Virus record (IMG/VR): IMGVR_UViG_3300010935_000116
Location: 1-45,084 of that record
DNA: 45,084 nucleotides
Reading direction: 5' to 3' (one strand)
Source: a virus
In this document: positions 1 through 10,028 of the stretch, piece by piece
Numbering within the stretch: position 1 is the first letter of the stretch
Layout of the letters: each line of letters starts with the position of its first letter
Position numbers and translations under genes: made by a program
The notes under the pieces: generated by a model
Databases searched by the model: none
What the model was told of the DNA's origin: nothing
What the model saw: only the letters and a program-made list of their open reading frames with translations

Positions 1-239
1 AAAAAGGCTTAATATGTCTTCATTTGCCGTTACAAATGAGTTAATATAATTTATTGCATCCTGTGTAAATTCAAGGTCTTTACTTGCGTTAAATATTTGC
101 GCATAAAATGGTCTTGTCTGATTGCTTGTTACAGCACTTGTAACGCTGTCGTTTATGTTTTTTGTAGTCTTGTATTTTGTAGATACATTACCGTCATTAG
201 AACCCACGCCGCTGCCTGCATAAACACCAACCCTGCCGT
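1..239. repeat. Terminal direct duplication, left copy (identical to 44846..45084)
   Basis: Read directly: the string starting aaaaaggcttaatatgtcttcatttgccg and ending ccaaccctgccgt occurs at both window ends. It lies inside an ORF. Confidence 0.95.
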
Positions 240-1098
240 CTGTTAAATATTCAAGCCACAGGTTTACATTGCTATCAATATTTTCATCAAAAAACACAAC
301 TAATTCCTCGCCGTTTAAGTTGGCTAAATCAACTGTTTTTTGAGCAAGTATATTTCCGTCAAAATCGTTTTCCCTTATTCTTACATTTACTTTTGTAATT
401 GGCTCGCTCGGCTTCCAACTTCTTACCCAAATTTTTACAGCATTAAAAGCAGCCTGCTGCCCTATCCCGCAGCCCCAAGCACTAAAAGTACTTGCTTCAT
501 AAAGCCAAGCAGGTATCGTATTTGTTGTATCTATTGGGTCGCCCAGTTTTTTGTTGAAATAAGGGTGTAAAGAAGTAATAAGCTTATCAATTCCGTACTG
601 GTTATTATCAATATCCTTACCCCACACTGTACCGTTATGCTTAATAACATCGCCAGCGTTTACAATTATGTTACCGCTGCCAGCATTAAAAGCACCTGCT
701 TTTGTCGCAATGTAATACTCGCCTTTGCTGCCAGCTGCATCTGTTAAAACTGGTGTCTGCGTGTAAGGGTTAAAACTACCAAGGAAATAGTCGCCTATAT
801 TCGCTTCACGTTTTACCCAAGCCCCGCCAGTATATTGCAAAAAGGTTAAGCTTTTAGTTACTGCGATATTATTGAAGCTGGCATACGTGCCGACTTCATT
901 GGCCATATAAAAAATATCTGATTGAGGTGTAGCCCCTGGGTTTGTTGCTGGCGTTGCAACCCCTTTAAAACTACTTTCGCCAAGCTGCGGCACTAAATTA
1001 TTAACTAATAAATCACGCAGTACTGCGCCTGTAATTTCGTTGTTTTCGTTATCTGTTATGACTGCTTCTATTGCAGTTATTAGGTTTTCCCAAGCCAT
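1..1098 (-). CDS. Tail fibre / receptor-binding protein, 5' part of a wrap-around ORF (codons 1-366 of 1002)
   Basis: My own minus-strand translation from ATG 1098..1096 (MAWENLITAIEAVITDNENNEITGAVLRDLLVNN...) has no stop down to position 1. It is missing from the ORF track because it runs off the edge. It is in frame with ORF 42935..45052 through the duplication (1098-207=891, a multiple of 3). Confidence 0.8.
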   Translation of the reverse strand, partial: MAWENLITAIEAVITDNENNEITGAVLRDLLVNNLVPQLGESSFKGVATPATNPGATPQSDIFYMANEVGTYASFNNIAVTKSLTFLQYTGGAWVKREANIGDYFLGSFNPYTQTPVLTDAAGSKGEYYIATKAGAFNAGSGNIIVNAGDVIKHNGTVWGKDIDNNQYGIDKLITSLHPYFNKKLGDPIDTTNTIPAWLYEASTFSAWGCGIGQQAAFNAVKIWVRSWKPSEPITKVNVRIRENDFDGNILAQKTVDLANLNGEELVVFFDENIDSNVNLWLEYLTDGRVGVYAGSGVGSNDGNVSTKYKTTKNINDSVTSAVTSNQTRPFYAQIFNASKDLEFTQDAINYINSFVTANEDILSLF

Positions 1099-1110
1099 TA
1101 TAAAAAGGTT

Positions 1111-1971
1111 TTAGTTATTAAAATCATTATTAAAATCTGCGTTAAAAGAGCCGCCGCCGCTGGTAGTTACTGCCCCTCGACCTACCTTTTTAATTATTGT
1201 GTCGCATTCAAATTCGACTTCCATTACAGCAAGGTTTCCCTGCTCTTTCCATTTAGGGTCAAAGATAATATTTTCCACGTCATACTTTTTTCCCCTAAAA
1301 TATATTTTAATATAGTCGTGCAAACGCACCGCCCTTAATGCATCGCATAAGTATTCGGGTGCTAAAAATTCAAACTTATATTTCTTTTCGCTTATCTGTG
1401 TTTCGATAAACGTGTAGCCGTCCCGCTTTTGCGCCTTTTCTTCAAAAGGATATTCGGGCTTACCTATTTCGGTTTTTAAATAGCAGTAATTTTTATACGG
1501 TGCTGCATAATCAATATGCCCGCCCGTGTAACCTATATTATCCCTATCCCAGTACTCTATCTTAAGGTAAGGCGTAAGGTCGTTTACTACCGTAAATACT
1601 TCGCTGTACCACGAATCTACACCGTCCCTTATAAATAAGTAATAAGCTGCTTTTTCCATTACCAAATTAGGAAAAATTAAAGCACCGTTATTTATTATAA
1701 GGTCGTAGCCCTCTGCTGCAAATGACTTAATATATAAACCCGCTGCTGCTGCTTCTGTGCTTATTACCTGTACAGCACCCGTATAGTAGTTTATTAAATT
1801 TACTGATACTATCGGATTGGCACGGTGTTCCCTGTTAATTTGAAAAGGCAGCAACTTTGCGCTGGGGCATATTAACGGATATATGTCGCCGTATGCGTAT
1901 GGCTTTTTATGGTTCTGCTCTGCAAGGCTGCTGTAAAATGGCAGCACGTTTAAGTTATTGTTTGGTATCAT
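1111..1971 (-). CDS. Tail/baseplate-associated virion protein, function unknown
   Basis: 286-aa ORF. Its start overlaps the stop of the upstream 844-aa ORF at 1971. It sits between the tape-measure-distal genes and the tail fibre. Confidence 0.6.
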   Translation of the reverse strand: MIPNNNLNVLPFYSSLAEQNHKKPYAYGDIYPLICPSAKLLPFQINREHRANPIVSVNLINYYTGAVQVISTEAAAAGLYIKSFAAEGYDLIINNGALIFPNLVMEKAAYYLFIRDGVDSWYSEVFTVVNDLTPYLKIEYWDRDNIGYTGGHIDYAAPYKNYCYLKTEIGKPEYPFEEKAQKRDGYTFIETQISEKKYKFEFLAPEYLCDALRAVRLHDYIKIYFRGKKYDVENIIFDPKWKEQGNLAVMEVEFECDTIIKKVGRGAVTTSGGGSFNADFNNDFNN

Positions 1972-4505
1972 TAGTCCGTATCGTGTTTAATTGTTGCTTT
2001 TACTATATAGCTTTCCATACTTACGGTAAGCTTATCAATTATGCCGTCCCCAAGCTGTGTTCTAACAAGCTGGTAAGGGTTAATTCCTTGGTTTGCTGGG
2101 TATGTTACTTCCTGCTTTTTTTGGCGTGTATTGTTTTGGTACAAAGTAACATCATCGCCGTTTATATTTACATTATCAGACGGCAAATCGTAAACGTGGA
2201 ATTTAGGGTGCAGGTACGTCCAGCTTAAAAGCCCGTTCTGCATTATTACCTGCTCATTATAGCCCAGTTCCATTTCTACAAAAGGCACACGGTATATCCC
2301 GTCCCTTATAACTGCACTAATAAGGCAAAAGCCGTCTTTGCTTATTTCCTGTGCGTTACCCATTACAAAGTCTATATCCGACGTAATACCATTTACTGCC
2401 AAATCTTCTATCCTACCCAGCTGCACGTAATTACTGCGTATCTGTATAGGGTCGCCCTCAAACGGCGGGCTTACATCATCCATCCATCCAAACTCAAAAC
2501 GTTCGGGCATATTTTCCTTATCAAACGACCATTTGTTTTGACTAAAGCCCCAGTTCTTACCGTTACGGGGTTGCTTTAAAATGGTTAAATCTGCGCCGAC
2601 TATTGGTGCGCCGTATGTACCGCCGTTTTGATACCAGCTTATATGCTCCAAGCGCAGCCTGCCGTTTTCAATATGCCAAAATACACGGTAACAATCACGC
2701 AGCATATTAAGCACCTGCCCCAGCGTAATTTCAGCCTTTTGTGCTGGCTGGTCGTATTCCCCTGCAATTATATTGCTTTTAGGTGTTAAGAAGTGGGTAA
2801 TATTACCAGCGTAATCTGTTGCAATAGTACCGCCGTCAAAGTCTAAAAAGCTAAAGCCGCCCAGCGGGTTGTTAGTACTATATAAAAACTCGCTGTATAG
2901 GGTAGTATTTTCGTGCGTTACGTTGCTGCCTACTGCCTTAAGCAATACCTTGATAACTCCGTGCAGCGTAAAGGCATCACGTAGCTTAAAATCCTGCCCG
3001 TCTATAAATTCAGTATAGCGTATATCTAAGGTATTAAAAAACCAAAGCGATACAGCACGCCAGTTACTTGATGAAACTGGGGACGGCTTACTTAAGCCAG
3101 TTGTTACCGATACAAGAAATTCCTTATAGTATTCCCCGCCGTTTGGTGCATCATCGGGAACACGCCCGAACTTAGTAGGCTTATCCGTAAACTGGTCGTA
3201 TATGTAGAAGCTGTCAATATTGTAACCAATTACACGGCGGTAATTCCTGTTATTAGCAACTATATCCTCATTAGGTACTGCATACGTATCTGTCCCCCTT
3301 ACATTAAGCAGGTCGGTGTAATAGCGCACGTAAATACGGTATTCTGTGAAATAGAATTGCCCAGTTTCCCCGTTTACTCCATTGAACGGCAAAAGGTTTA
3401 CACCGCTTTCCCGCCAGTTAGTAAAACCAGTTTCGTATAAAATAACGTTATCACTAATACGCTGTATCTTGTACCTGTATCGGTTATAACTGCCAAACAA
3501 AGTATCTAATTCCTCTATAAGCCTGTAAAGCCCGTTTGCGTTTTCCCTATTATCATCATATTCGCCAGTAACGTCTGTGCTTAAACCAGCAGCAAAGGCA
3601 GCAGGAATAATACGTATGTTTTTAGGGTTTGCAAATTTATAGGTATTAACAAGCGTACCGTGGTCGAATACTGGCTCGTCCACTATTTCCTGTTCCCAGT
3701 ATGTACCGCCCAGCAAATTAGTTACCACGGTGTCCCCTGGTATGTAAACCTGTATAAGCGGGCGGCGGCGTAATGTAATTGCTTCAAGTTCGGGCGCAAT
3801 CTTTATAAGGTTAAAAGTCTTTTCCAGCCCTGCCATTACTTCCACGTAATTATCTGCTGGCTCTGTTTTTACTTCCAGTATTCTATCGTCTGCATCCCAC
3901 TTGCAGTCTGTTTTATAAAACTGCCCAAGGTACACAGGCAGCACCCCGTTAAGGTCTTCAATATCTATGTAAATTTTAGTATCAAAACCAAGCGCAGCGA
4001 CATAATCATAATCATCACGCACCAGCTTTAAATTACCCTTAAGCTTTTCCCTGTAAAATTGGTAATTGCTTTCTAAATCGTAGCCCCGTTCCATTGATTT
4101 GTAAATAGGATAAACTTGCTTACTGGTAAAATAAGGCTCAAAGTCAGAACCTGCTCCCAAAGTAAACCCTACCACTTCGGGCTGCGTTCCGTTTTCTATA
4201 CTTTGAAAGCTTACTATTACATAGTAGCAACCCGATGGCACGGTAAAAGTGGTCGCATTAGACACACCGCTTACGTAATCCTTATCCAAATTGTAAAAAA
4301 CCACTCTTATAAAGCTGTTCGCATTATTCGGCTGGTGGCATTGGTAAGTCTGTGCTGGGCTTACCCTTGTAAAAGTACTGTGCGCAAAGGTTGCACTTTG
4401 TATCGTTGCACCCGTTGTATGCACGTACTGCCCTTGCGTTACTTCCCTTGGGTTTAACACGTTTGCCCCGTTGCTTTCCCTATGCTTTAAAGTCCATTTA
4501 TACAT
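1971..4505 (-). CDS. Large tail protein directly downstream of the tape measure (distal-tail / tail-tip candidate)
   Basis: 844-aa ORF, start coupled to the tape-measure stop at 4505. The call is positional only. Confidence 0.6.
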   Translation of the reverse strand: MYKWTLKHRESNGANVLNPREVTQGQYVHTTGATIQSATFAHSTFTRVSPAQTYQCHQPNNANSFIRVVFYNLDKDYVSGVSNATTFTVPSGCYYVIVSFQSIENGTQPEVVGFTLGAGSDFEPYFTSKQVYPIYKSMERGYDLESNYQFYREKLKGNLKLVRDDYDYVAALGFDTKIYIDIEDLNGVLPVYLGQFYKTDCKWDADDRILEVKTEPADNYVEVMAGLEKTFNLIKIAPELEAITLRRRPLIQVYIPGDTVVTNLLGGTYWEQEIVDEPVFDHGTLVNTYKFANPKNIRIIPAAFAAGLSTDVTGEYDDNRENANGLYRLIEELDTLFGSYNRYRYKIQRISDNVILYETGFTNWRESGVNLLPFNGVNGETGQFYFTEYRIYVRYYTDLLNVRGTDTYAVPNEDIVANNRNYRRVIGYNIDSFYIYDQFTDKPTKFGRVPDDAPNGGEYYKEFLVSVTTGLSKPSPVSSSNWRAVSLWFFNTLDIRYTEFIDGQDFKLRDAFTLHGVIKVLLKAVGSNVTHENTTLYSEFLYSTNNPLGGFSFLDFDGGTIATDYAGNITHFLTPKSNIIAGEYDQPAQKAEITLGQVLNMLRDCYRVFWHIENGRLRLEHISWYQNGGTYGAPIVGADLTILKQPRNGKNWGFSQNKWSFDKENMPERFEFGWMDDVSPPFEGDPIQIRSNYVQLGRIEDLAVNGITSDIDFVMGNAQEISKDGFCLISAVIRDGIYRVPFVEMELGYNEQVIMQNGLLSWTYLHPKFHVYDLPSDNVNINGDDVTLYQNNTRQKKQEVTYPANQGINPYQLVRTQLGDGIIDKLTVSMESYIVKATIKHDTD

Positions 4506-7500
4506 TAGCTGTAAGTTGTTTTAACGTTCTTATATACTTCTACCATATTACCGTTCCCGTCTGTGTAGCGTTGTCTTTCGCCACGCTTTCGAATATCGGT
4601 TAAATCGTTTTCAATTTGCTTAAGGTCGGGGCTATCGTAACCCACATTAACCAGCGGCGGCATTTGTTCGGCTGGGATAAAGGCATTGGCATACGTTTGC
4701 TCAAATGTCCCAGCGTTTAAGCTTTTGATTATGTTAGGCAGTACGCCCTTGTACTTACGTGTATTACGCTTATTTATAATAGCCATAGCTTCGCCGCCCT
4801 CTGCTGTACGTTGCTTACCGCCGCTGGTTGTACCTATTGGAATATCATTACCGCTGCTGTGGCTGCCACCGTCTAAAAATTCAAGTCCACCGTCCCCGTA
4901 TTTTTCCTTAGCCGCAGACTTGGCTTTTATTTTACTGGCTGCATAACTTGCCCACATTACACCCACGGCAGCAACTGCCAAAGCTGTACCTACAATCGGG
5001 ATAGCAGATAAGGATTTCCAAATATTAACCGATGCCGTAATAAGCCCGCTTATTTGCATAGCTGTATCAATAGCAGCCTGCGCCTTTTGTGCCTTTTCCT
5101 TTTCCTTAAGTGCTGCGGCTTCGTTTTTCTTTTTAAGTTCCAGTTCACGCTGTGCGGTAAGTACATTATTTGCGTACCCGTTATTCCTTGCCGTGATTTC
5201 AGCTTGGTAACGGTTTTCTGCTGCGCTGCTTTCTTCCTGTGCTGCCTGTACTGCTACCTCGGCAGCTTGTACACGTGCTTCCATAAAGGCACGGACGTTA
5301 TCCATTGCAAAGCTTAAGCTTTCGCTTACTGCTGCCTTTTGTTCATCGTCCAGCTTAAGCCCTACCATACTGTAAATATCCTGCTGCCCTTGCCCAGCTG
5401 TGGCAATTTCGCCCTCTATTTTCTTAATGGTGTTTTTAATTGTAGCCACCTGCAAAGCACTAAGCTGCCCCTCTATCTTTTCGTTAAGCTTAAGTACTGC
5501 CAGTAAACGGGCTTTTTCTGCTTCTAAGCGCAGGCGTGTCTTTTCTGCTTCCGTAACCTTAAGCAAATCAATTTCACTATTTGCAAGGTCTTGCTGCTGG
5601 TCGATACCCTGCATACCAGCACTAAAAGCACTTTTGTTTTTCTGCTCGGCATCCCTTTTGTTCTTAGCAATTAGATCATCGGCAGCCTTAGCTTCTGCAA
5701 TAGCTTTATCGCTCCACTTTTTACTTATTTCAAAACGCTTGCGGCTTTCGTATTCATCCAGCAAATTAACGTCCAAACCATATTCAGCCCACAGCTTGCG
5801 CTTTTCCTTAAGTTCCATATCCAGCAAAGCCAAGTCCTTGCTTTCGCTGTCTGCCATTATATCCACGGTAGCCTTTTCCTTTTTACTATTACGGCTTTCC
5901 TTTTCTTTTAGGTTTGCGCCTACTATGCCCAGTATTGCATTTTTCTTATCCTCTAAGGCTTTTATATCGTCCTGTATGCCTTTGGCTTGGCTGCGGCTGT
6001 TTGCGCCCTTAAGCTTAGCCCGTAGGTTGCTTATTTCTTGGTCTATTTGTCCCACAGACTTAAGCCCGCCCTTAATGGTATCATCCAGCTGCTTGTTAAA
6101 TTCATCTTGCGAGCCAGTAAGCGCATCCTTGGTCGCTTTGTCTGCACGTGCTAATTCAGCAGTAAACGCATTACTGAAAGCACTTGCTGCATCCTTACCG
6201 TTTTGTACTATGGTGTCTTTTACGTTTTTAAACGCTGCTTTAATGTTCTTAAAGTTTTCTACTGGGTTAAGTGTAAGCTTAATGTCGCCTATCTGCCTAA
6301 CTGATTTAACAAAGTTACCCACGTAATTAAAGTACTCTTTGAATACAGCTATTACGCCCGTTATTACCGCACCCATTACCTTAATAAAAAATGATGCCCT
6401 ATCTATACTATCAGCAAACTGCCCAGCAAAGAACGCCGATACTGTGGCAATTACGCCCTCGCCATCTTCAATCGTAAGCACCAAGTTATCCCACGCAATA
6501 CCTATACGGCTAAACTGTGCATCTAACTTACCGCTGGCTGCCTTAAATTCCTTATCTAAACTACCCGCTGCGTTATTAACCGTATCAAGTGAGCCAGCAA
6601 GTACATCGTAACCCTTTGTCGCAAGCGATGCAATTACACGCTGGTCTCTAATACCAATAATACCCAAGTTTTCCAGCTGCTCGTTTACGCTGCCACCTGC
6701 TTCGTTTACATTATTTAAACCAGTAACAAAGCCGCCAAATACAGCAGCAGGGTCTTGGTTAAATTGTTCTTTTAATTGCTCTACTGTAAGCCCTGTAAGC
6801 TTAGCTAAGGCATCCACGTTCTTACCTGTACGTATAGCCTTTTCCATTATACCCAAAGTACGCCCGATAGTTGACCCAGTTAATTCTGCTTCAAGTCCTA
6901 CGGCTTTGGTAGCGGTTGCATACGCCAGTACAGTCTTACGCCCGATATTGTACTGCCCTGTATTCTGTGCTATTGCTGTGGCGTTGGTAAGTATTTCGTT
7001 TTCTGTGGCTGCAAAGTTGTTACCAAGGTTTACAATTTCATCCCCGAACTGCTCAATGTTTTCCACACCGCCGTCGGTAAGCGTTAAAAGCCTTGCAATA
7101 TTACTCGCCCCTTGGTCGCCTGCAATATCTGATGCAGTTTCCAACTTGGCTAAACTTTCAGTAAATAGCAGGATATTAGCCCTACCCTTTACGCCCAGCT
7201 GTCCCGCCACCTTGGCATATTCCAAAAGCGCAGGCGTTCCAACTGTTTTAAGCTTACGGGATAAATCCACTATGTCCTGCCCCAAGTCCCTTAATTCCTC
7301 GCCGCTTAGGTTTGCAGTTTTACCCACATCAATAAGCCCGCTGTTAAATTCTATTACGGTGTCTTTATTGGCTGCAATAAGGTAAAACAAAGCACCCACA
7401 GCTGCCAGTATCATACCCACAGGCGTAAGTAAAAAGGCAAGTGTAGCCTTTCCGAAATTCATTACCGCAGTAGTAAGCACCTTAAACGGCTTATCTGATT

Positions 7501-8125
7501 TGCCAAGTGCGCCGATACTTGTACCCATAGCACCCAGCTGCATATTAAGCCTACCCAGTAACGGGTGCAGGTTTTCGGTAGCGATACCGTAGTTACCTAC
7601 TTGCAGCGTATGCTTACCCGTAGCCTTTTGCAAACGGTTCATTTCCTCGTAAATATCACGGGTCTGCTTTTCTAAAGCCTGCCCGCTTTTGGTAGCGTTA
7701 CGCTCGGCAGCACTTAATGCGTTAAGCTTAAGCTTGTTTATACTGTACTGGGCAGATAGGGCATTATAAGAACCTTTTGCAGAGTTGTTTAATTTAGCTT
7801 CAAGCTGCTGCATTTTAATCTGTTCCTGCTTTGCTTTACGCAGGTTACGGATAGTAGTATTGGTATCGTTTAATGCGCTGGCGTACTCCTTTTGCGCTTT
7901 CTTAAGCTTTTCCGCATCGGTCATTGCCTTGCGTGTAGTTTCCTGCCCCTCTTTTTGTGTAGTGTTTACCTGTGCCAGTTTATCAATAAGCTTTTCGGCT
8001 TCCTTAGTAATGGCATCAAGGTTATCGGTGTATGATTTCTTAAGCAGTTCCAGCTGCTTTATAGCTTCATTAATAGCCCCGTCGTCTTGGTATAAATCGG
8101 ATGCTTTTATAGGGTTGTTACTCAT
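4505..8125 (-). CDS. Tail tape measure protein
   Basis: 1206 aa with long A/K/E/Q-rich coiled-coil-like stretches and a hydrophobic block (ATLAFLLTPVGMILAAVGALFYLIA). The core (VGTPALLEYAKVAGQLGVKGRANILLFTESLAKLE) resembles TP901-type TMP cores. It follows the frameshifted chaperone pair. Confidence 0.85.
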   Translation of the reverse strand: MSNNPIKASDLYQDDGAINEAIKQLELLKKSYTDNLDAITKEAEKLIDKLAQVNTTQKEGQETTRKAMTDAEKLKKAQKEYASALNDTNTTIRNLRKAKQEQIKMQQLEAKLNNSAKGSYNALSAQYSINKLKLNALSAAERNATKSGQALEKQTRDIYEEMNRLQKATGKHTLQVGNYGIATENLHPLLGRLNMQLGAMGTSIGALGKSDKPFKVLTTAVMNFGKATLAFLLTPVGMILAAVGALFYLIAANKDTVIEFNSGLIDVGKTANLSGEELRDLGQDIVDLSRKLKTVGTPALLEYAKVAGQLGVKGRANILLFTESLAKLETASDIAGDQGASNIARLLTLTDGGVENIEQFGDEIVNLGNNFAATENEILTNATAIAQNTGQYNIGRKTVLAYATATKAVGLEAELTGSTIGRTLGIMEKAIRTGKNVDALAKLTGLTVEQLKEQFNQDPAAVFGGFVTGLNNVNEAGGSVNEQLENLGIIGIRDQRVIASLATKGYDVLAGSLDTVNNAAGSLDKEFKAASGKLDAQFSRIGIAWDNLVLTIEDGEGVIATVSAFFAGQFADSIDRASFFIKVMGAVITGVIAVFKEYFNYVGNFVKSVRQIGDIKLTLNPVENFKNIKAAFKNVKDTIVQNGKDAASAFSNAFTAELARADKATKDALTGSQDEFNKQLDDTIKGGLKSVGQIDQEISNLRAKLKGANSRSQAKGIQDDIKALEDKKNAILGIVGANLKEKESRNSKKEKATVDIMADSESKDLALLDMELKEKRKLWAEYGLDVNLLDEYESRKRFEISKKWSDKAIAEAKAADDLIAKNKRDAEQKNKSAFSAGMQGIDQQQDLANSEIDLLKVTEAEKTRLRLEAEKARLLAVLKLNEKIEGQLSALQVATIKNTIKKIEGEIATAGQGQQDIYSMVGLKLDDEQKAAVSESLSFAMDNVRAFMEARVQAAEVAVQAAQEESSAAENRYQAEITARNNGYANNVLTAQRELELKKKNEAAALKEKEKAQKAQAAIDTAMQISGLITASVNIWKSLSAIPIVGTALAVAAVGVMWASYAASKIKAKSAAKEKYGDGGLEFLDGGSHSSGNDIPIGTTSGGKQRTAEGGEAMAIINKRNTRKYKGVLPNIIKSLNAGTFEQTYANAFIPAEQMPPLVNVGYDSPDLKQIENDLTDIRKRGERQRYTDGNGNMVEVYKNVKTTYS

Positions 8126-8185
8126 TGCTTTACGTTTTAATGAGCCTACCCTTAAGCTACTAATATTTTAACAAAAATAGATATT

Positions 8186-8952
8186 TTATTTTACCCGCTT
8201 GCCTTTGCGTGGTTTGTTTTCGTTTTTCCAAGCAGTATAAGCTTGGTAATATTCAAGCACCGTCATACGCTTAGCATCCTTGGTACTGTACTTTGTAAGT
8301 GCCATACTCATTTCTTCATATCGCTTTACATAAGTAACCTCTGCGCCTTTTTTACCGCTGTACTCTTTTGGCTTAGCCAGCCCAAACAGGTAATCGTCTA
8401 TTTCGTTTATTTCCTGCTGGTTGTCTTTGTCCTGCACTATGCCACGCAATAAGAAAAGCGTGCGCCTTTTTAGTTCCCCGTATATTTCCTTTTCCTGCGG
8501 GCTTTCAAATATGCTCGGGAAATACGTTTCCAGTTCAGTTTCCAGTTTTTTTTTACTACCTCAATGGCAGTATCGTAATAACTTTTATTTGCGCCCCAGC
8601 TACTAAACTGCGTAACCATAGCCCGTAATGCTTCATCGCTAAAATCGTGCTGCACCTTGCCGTCTATGCTATACACTAAAGCCGCATAACTTAAGTGCTT
8701 AGGGTTGAGGTTTTCCATTACAAAGTAAAAGCTGGTACGCATATTCATAAGCACCTGCTGCGCTTCATCCTTTTTGCCCAGCTGTACGTATTTCATTGCC
8801 TTGGTTATATGCGTATCTATTGCATCCAAGTCCCCACCTATGCCGCTATCCAGTAGCATCATTCTGTTATACGTAAAAAAACGCTCTGTCGGCAGTTCGT
8901 CAATAGCGTTGTAAACCTGCACCGTGTGCTTTCCTATCTTATTTGTAATCAT
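8186..8952 (-). CDS. Tail assembly chaperone, -1 frameshift fusion product (GT-like, about 255 aa)
   Basis: The -1 frame opens right after a TGA at the A9 slippery run. It reads without stops (..KKKLETELETYFPSIFESPQEKEIYGELKRRTLFLLRGIVQDKDN..) into the 87-aa track ORF 8186..8449. The arrangement sits immediately upstream of the tape measure. Confidence 0.65.
8470..8952 (-). CDS. Tail assembly chaperone (G-like, zero-frame product)
   Basis: 160-aa ORF upstream of the TMP. It contains the A AAA AAA AAC slippery run about 25 codons before its stop. Confidence 0.7.
   Translation of the reverse strand: MITNKIGKHTVQVYNAIDELPTERFFTYNRMMLLDSGIGGDLDAIDTHITKAMKYVQLGKKDEAQQVLMNMRTSFYFVMENLNPKHLSYAALVYSIDGKVQHDFSDEALRAMVTQFSSWGANKSYYDTAIEVVKKNWKLNWKRISRAYLKARRKRKYTGN
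8546..8554 (-). promoter_or_regulatory. Slippery sequence for programmed -1 ribosomal frameshift (A9 on the coding strand)
   Basis: The plus strand shows nine T residues. The coding strand reads GTA GTA AAA AAA AAC, which contains the X XXY YYZ heptamers A AAA AAA and A AAA AAC. Confidence 0.65.
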
Positions 8953-8966
8953 ACCGCTCTCGTTTG

Positions 8967-9227
8967 TTAATCTATTATAAACCTGCTTACACTTGCCGCA
9001 GCCAGCGGGCTTAATAGCGTAATCATATCAGCCCCCAAGGTAATGCCAATTATTGCAAATACAAAACTTAACCAAAAGCAGCAGCAAAGCAGGCAATTAA
9101 CCAGCTTATTTATTACGCCGCTGGTGTGTCCTTGTAGATATTGAATAATACGCCACTTAGTAAGCAGCAGGTAAGAAGTGGCAGCAAATGCGCTGTAAAT
9201 TGCTATACTGTAAAAAAGCTGTTCCAT
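8967..9227 (-). CDS. Small multi-pass membrane protein (DUF1360-like CxxCxxFW motif)
   Basis: 86 aa with three hydrophobic segments and the motif NCLLCCCFWLSFV. It is embedded in the tail module. Confidence 0.55.
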   Translation of the reverse strand: MEQLFYSIAIYSAFAATSYLLLTKWRIIQYLQGHTSGVINKLVNCLLCCCFWLSFVFAIIGITLGADMITLLSPLAAASVSRFIID

Positions 9228-9228
9228 A

Positions 9229-9792
9229 TTAACAATATTTTTCTATTCGCATCGAACCGTTAAACCTTAAGCCAGCAAACGGGTGTATTAAATACTGCTT
9301 ATCTACTTCCTTGGTGCTGTACCCTTGGTAAATCTTATTAAAATCTTCCGTTACTGCGGTACACTCTACACGTGCGCCAAGTATGCTAAGCCCTGCAAAG
9401 TAATTAAGCACGTCCTGCTTTATCATTTCAAGGTTACGCCTTTCATCAGCAGCCAGCACCTTGTTTACGTTAAGCCATAGCACCAAACCGAAATCAGCTT
9501 TAATAATTTGCAGCTGCCTGCCCTGGGTTTCAATACCGTAATCTGCCACGTCCCACCAAGTAAAGTTCCCAAAGCGTTCATCGGGTAGCATACTGGCGTA
9601 CTCCTTACCCTTGCCCGTGTATATGGCTGGGTACTTTATTACACGCTTCTTATCATCAAGCCTGCTAAGCTTTTGGGATTTGCCGTATAGGTTATTCAGC
9701 CACGGTAATTTCTCTGCCAGCTTTACATTGGCAGCCATTAGTACAGCATCTACCGCTGTGGGTGTAGCTGGGTTTAAAATAGTTGGTATCAT
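9229..9792 (-). CDS. Head-tail joining / tail completion candidate, function unknown
   Basis: 187-aa ORF between the capsid and chaperone genes, start coupled with the upstream ORF (overlap 9789..9792). The call is positional only. Confidence 0.5.
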   Translation of the reverse strand: MIPTILNPATPTAVDAVLMAANVKLAEKLPWLNNLYGKSQKLSRLDDKKRVIKYPAIYTGKGKEYASMLPDERFGNFTWWDVADYGIETQGRQLQIIKADFGLVLWLNVNKVLAADERRNLEMIKQDVLNYFAGLSILGARVECTAVTEDFNKIYQGYSTKEVDKQYLIHPFAGLRFNGSMRIEKYC

Positions 9793-10028
9793 AATTCACT
9801 TATAGTTTTACGGTCAACTTTTAATCTTGCATCTAAATAAGCTGGTATATCATTATCGGGTACTCCCTGCTCTTTTGCTTCTATTACTAACTGCTGGGCT
9901 ATGCCCTTGGTTAAGTTATTTAAGCTTTCTACTATCATAGAATAAGGCACGCCTTGCGTATCAGCAATATCTGCCTGTAATTTTTCCGAGCCTTGCCCGA
10001 AATTTAATTTTATCACTACTGTTTTCAT
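9789..10028 (-). CDS. Hypothetical virion-module protein
   Basis: 79-aa ORF with 4-nt overlaps to both neighbours. Confidence 0.55.
   Translation of the reverse strand: MKTVVIKLNFGQGSEKLQADIADTQGVPYSMIVESLNNLTKGIAQQLVIEAKEQGVPDNDIPAYLDARLKVDRKTISEL

Noticed and set aside
1-239. The 239-bp end duplication as true physical direct terminal repeats
   Set aside because: It falls inside the tail fibre ORF, and joining the ends restores the reading frame exactly. An assembly overlap of a circular map is more parsimonious, though it cannot be excluded without read data.
5400-6326. Long plus-strand ORFs (5400..6326, 6906..7385, 18794..19861, 23466..24419, 29658..30137, 15076..15416 and others)
   Set aside because: All lie antisense to long, motif-supported minus-strand genes. 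Their products are low-complexity S/L/A/F-rich strings with no start context. They are shadow ORFs of biased coding sequence.
8546-8554. The A9 homopolymer as a sequencing error or pseudogenising indel
   Set aside because: The position upstream of the tape measure, the X XXY YYZ context and a -1 frame that opens exactly at the run all match the conserved chaperone frameshift.
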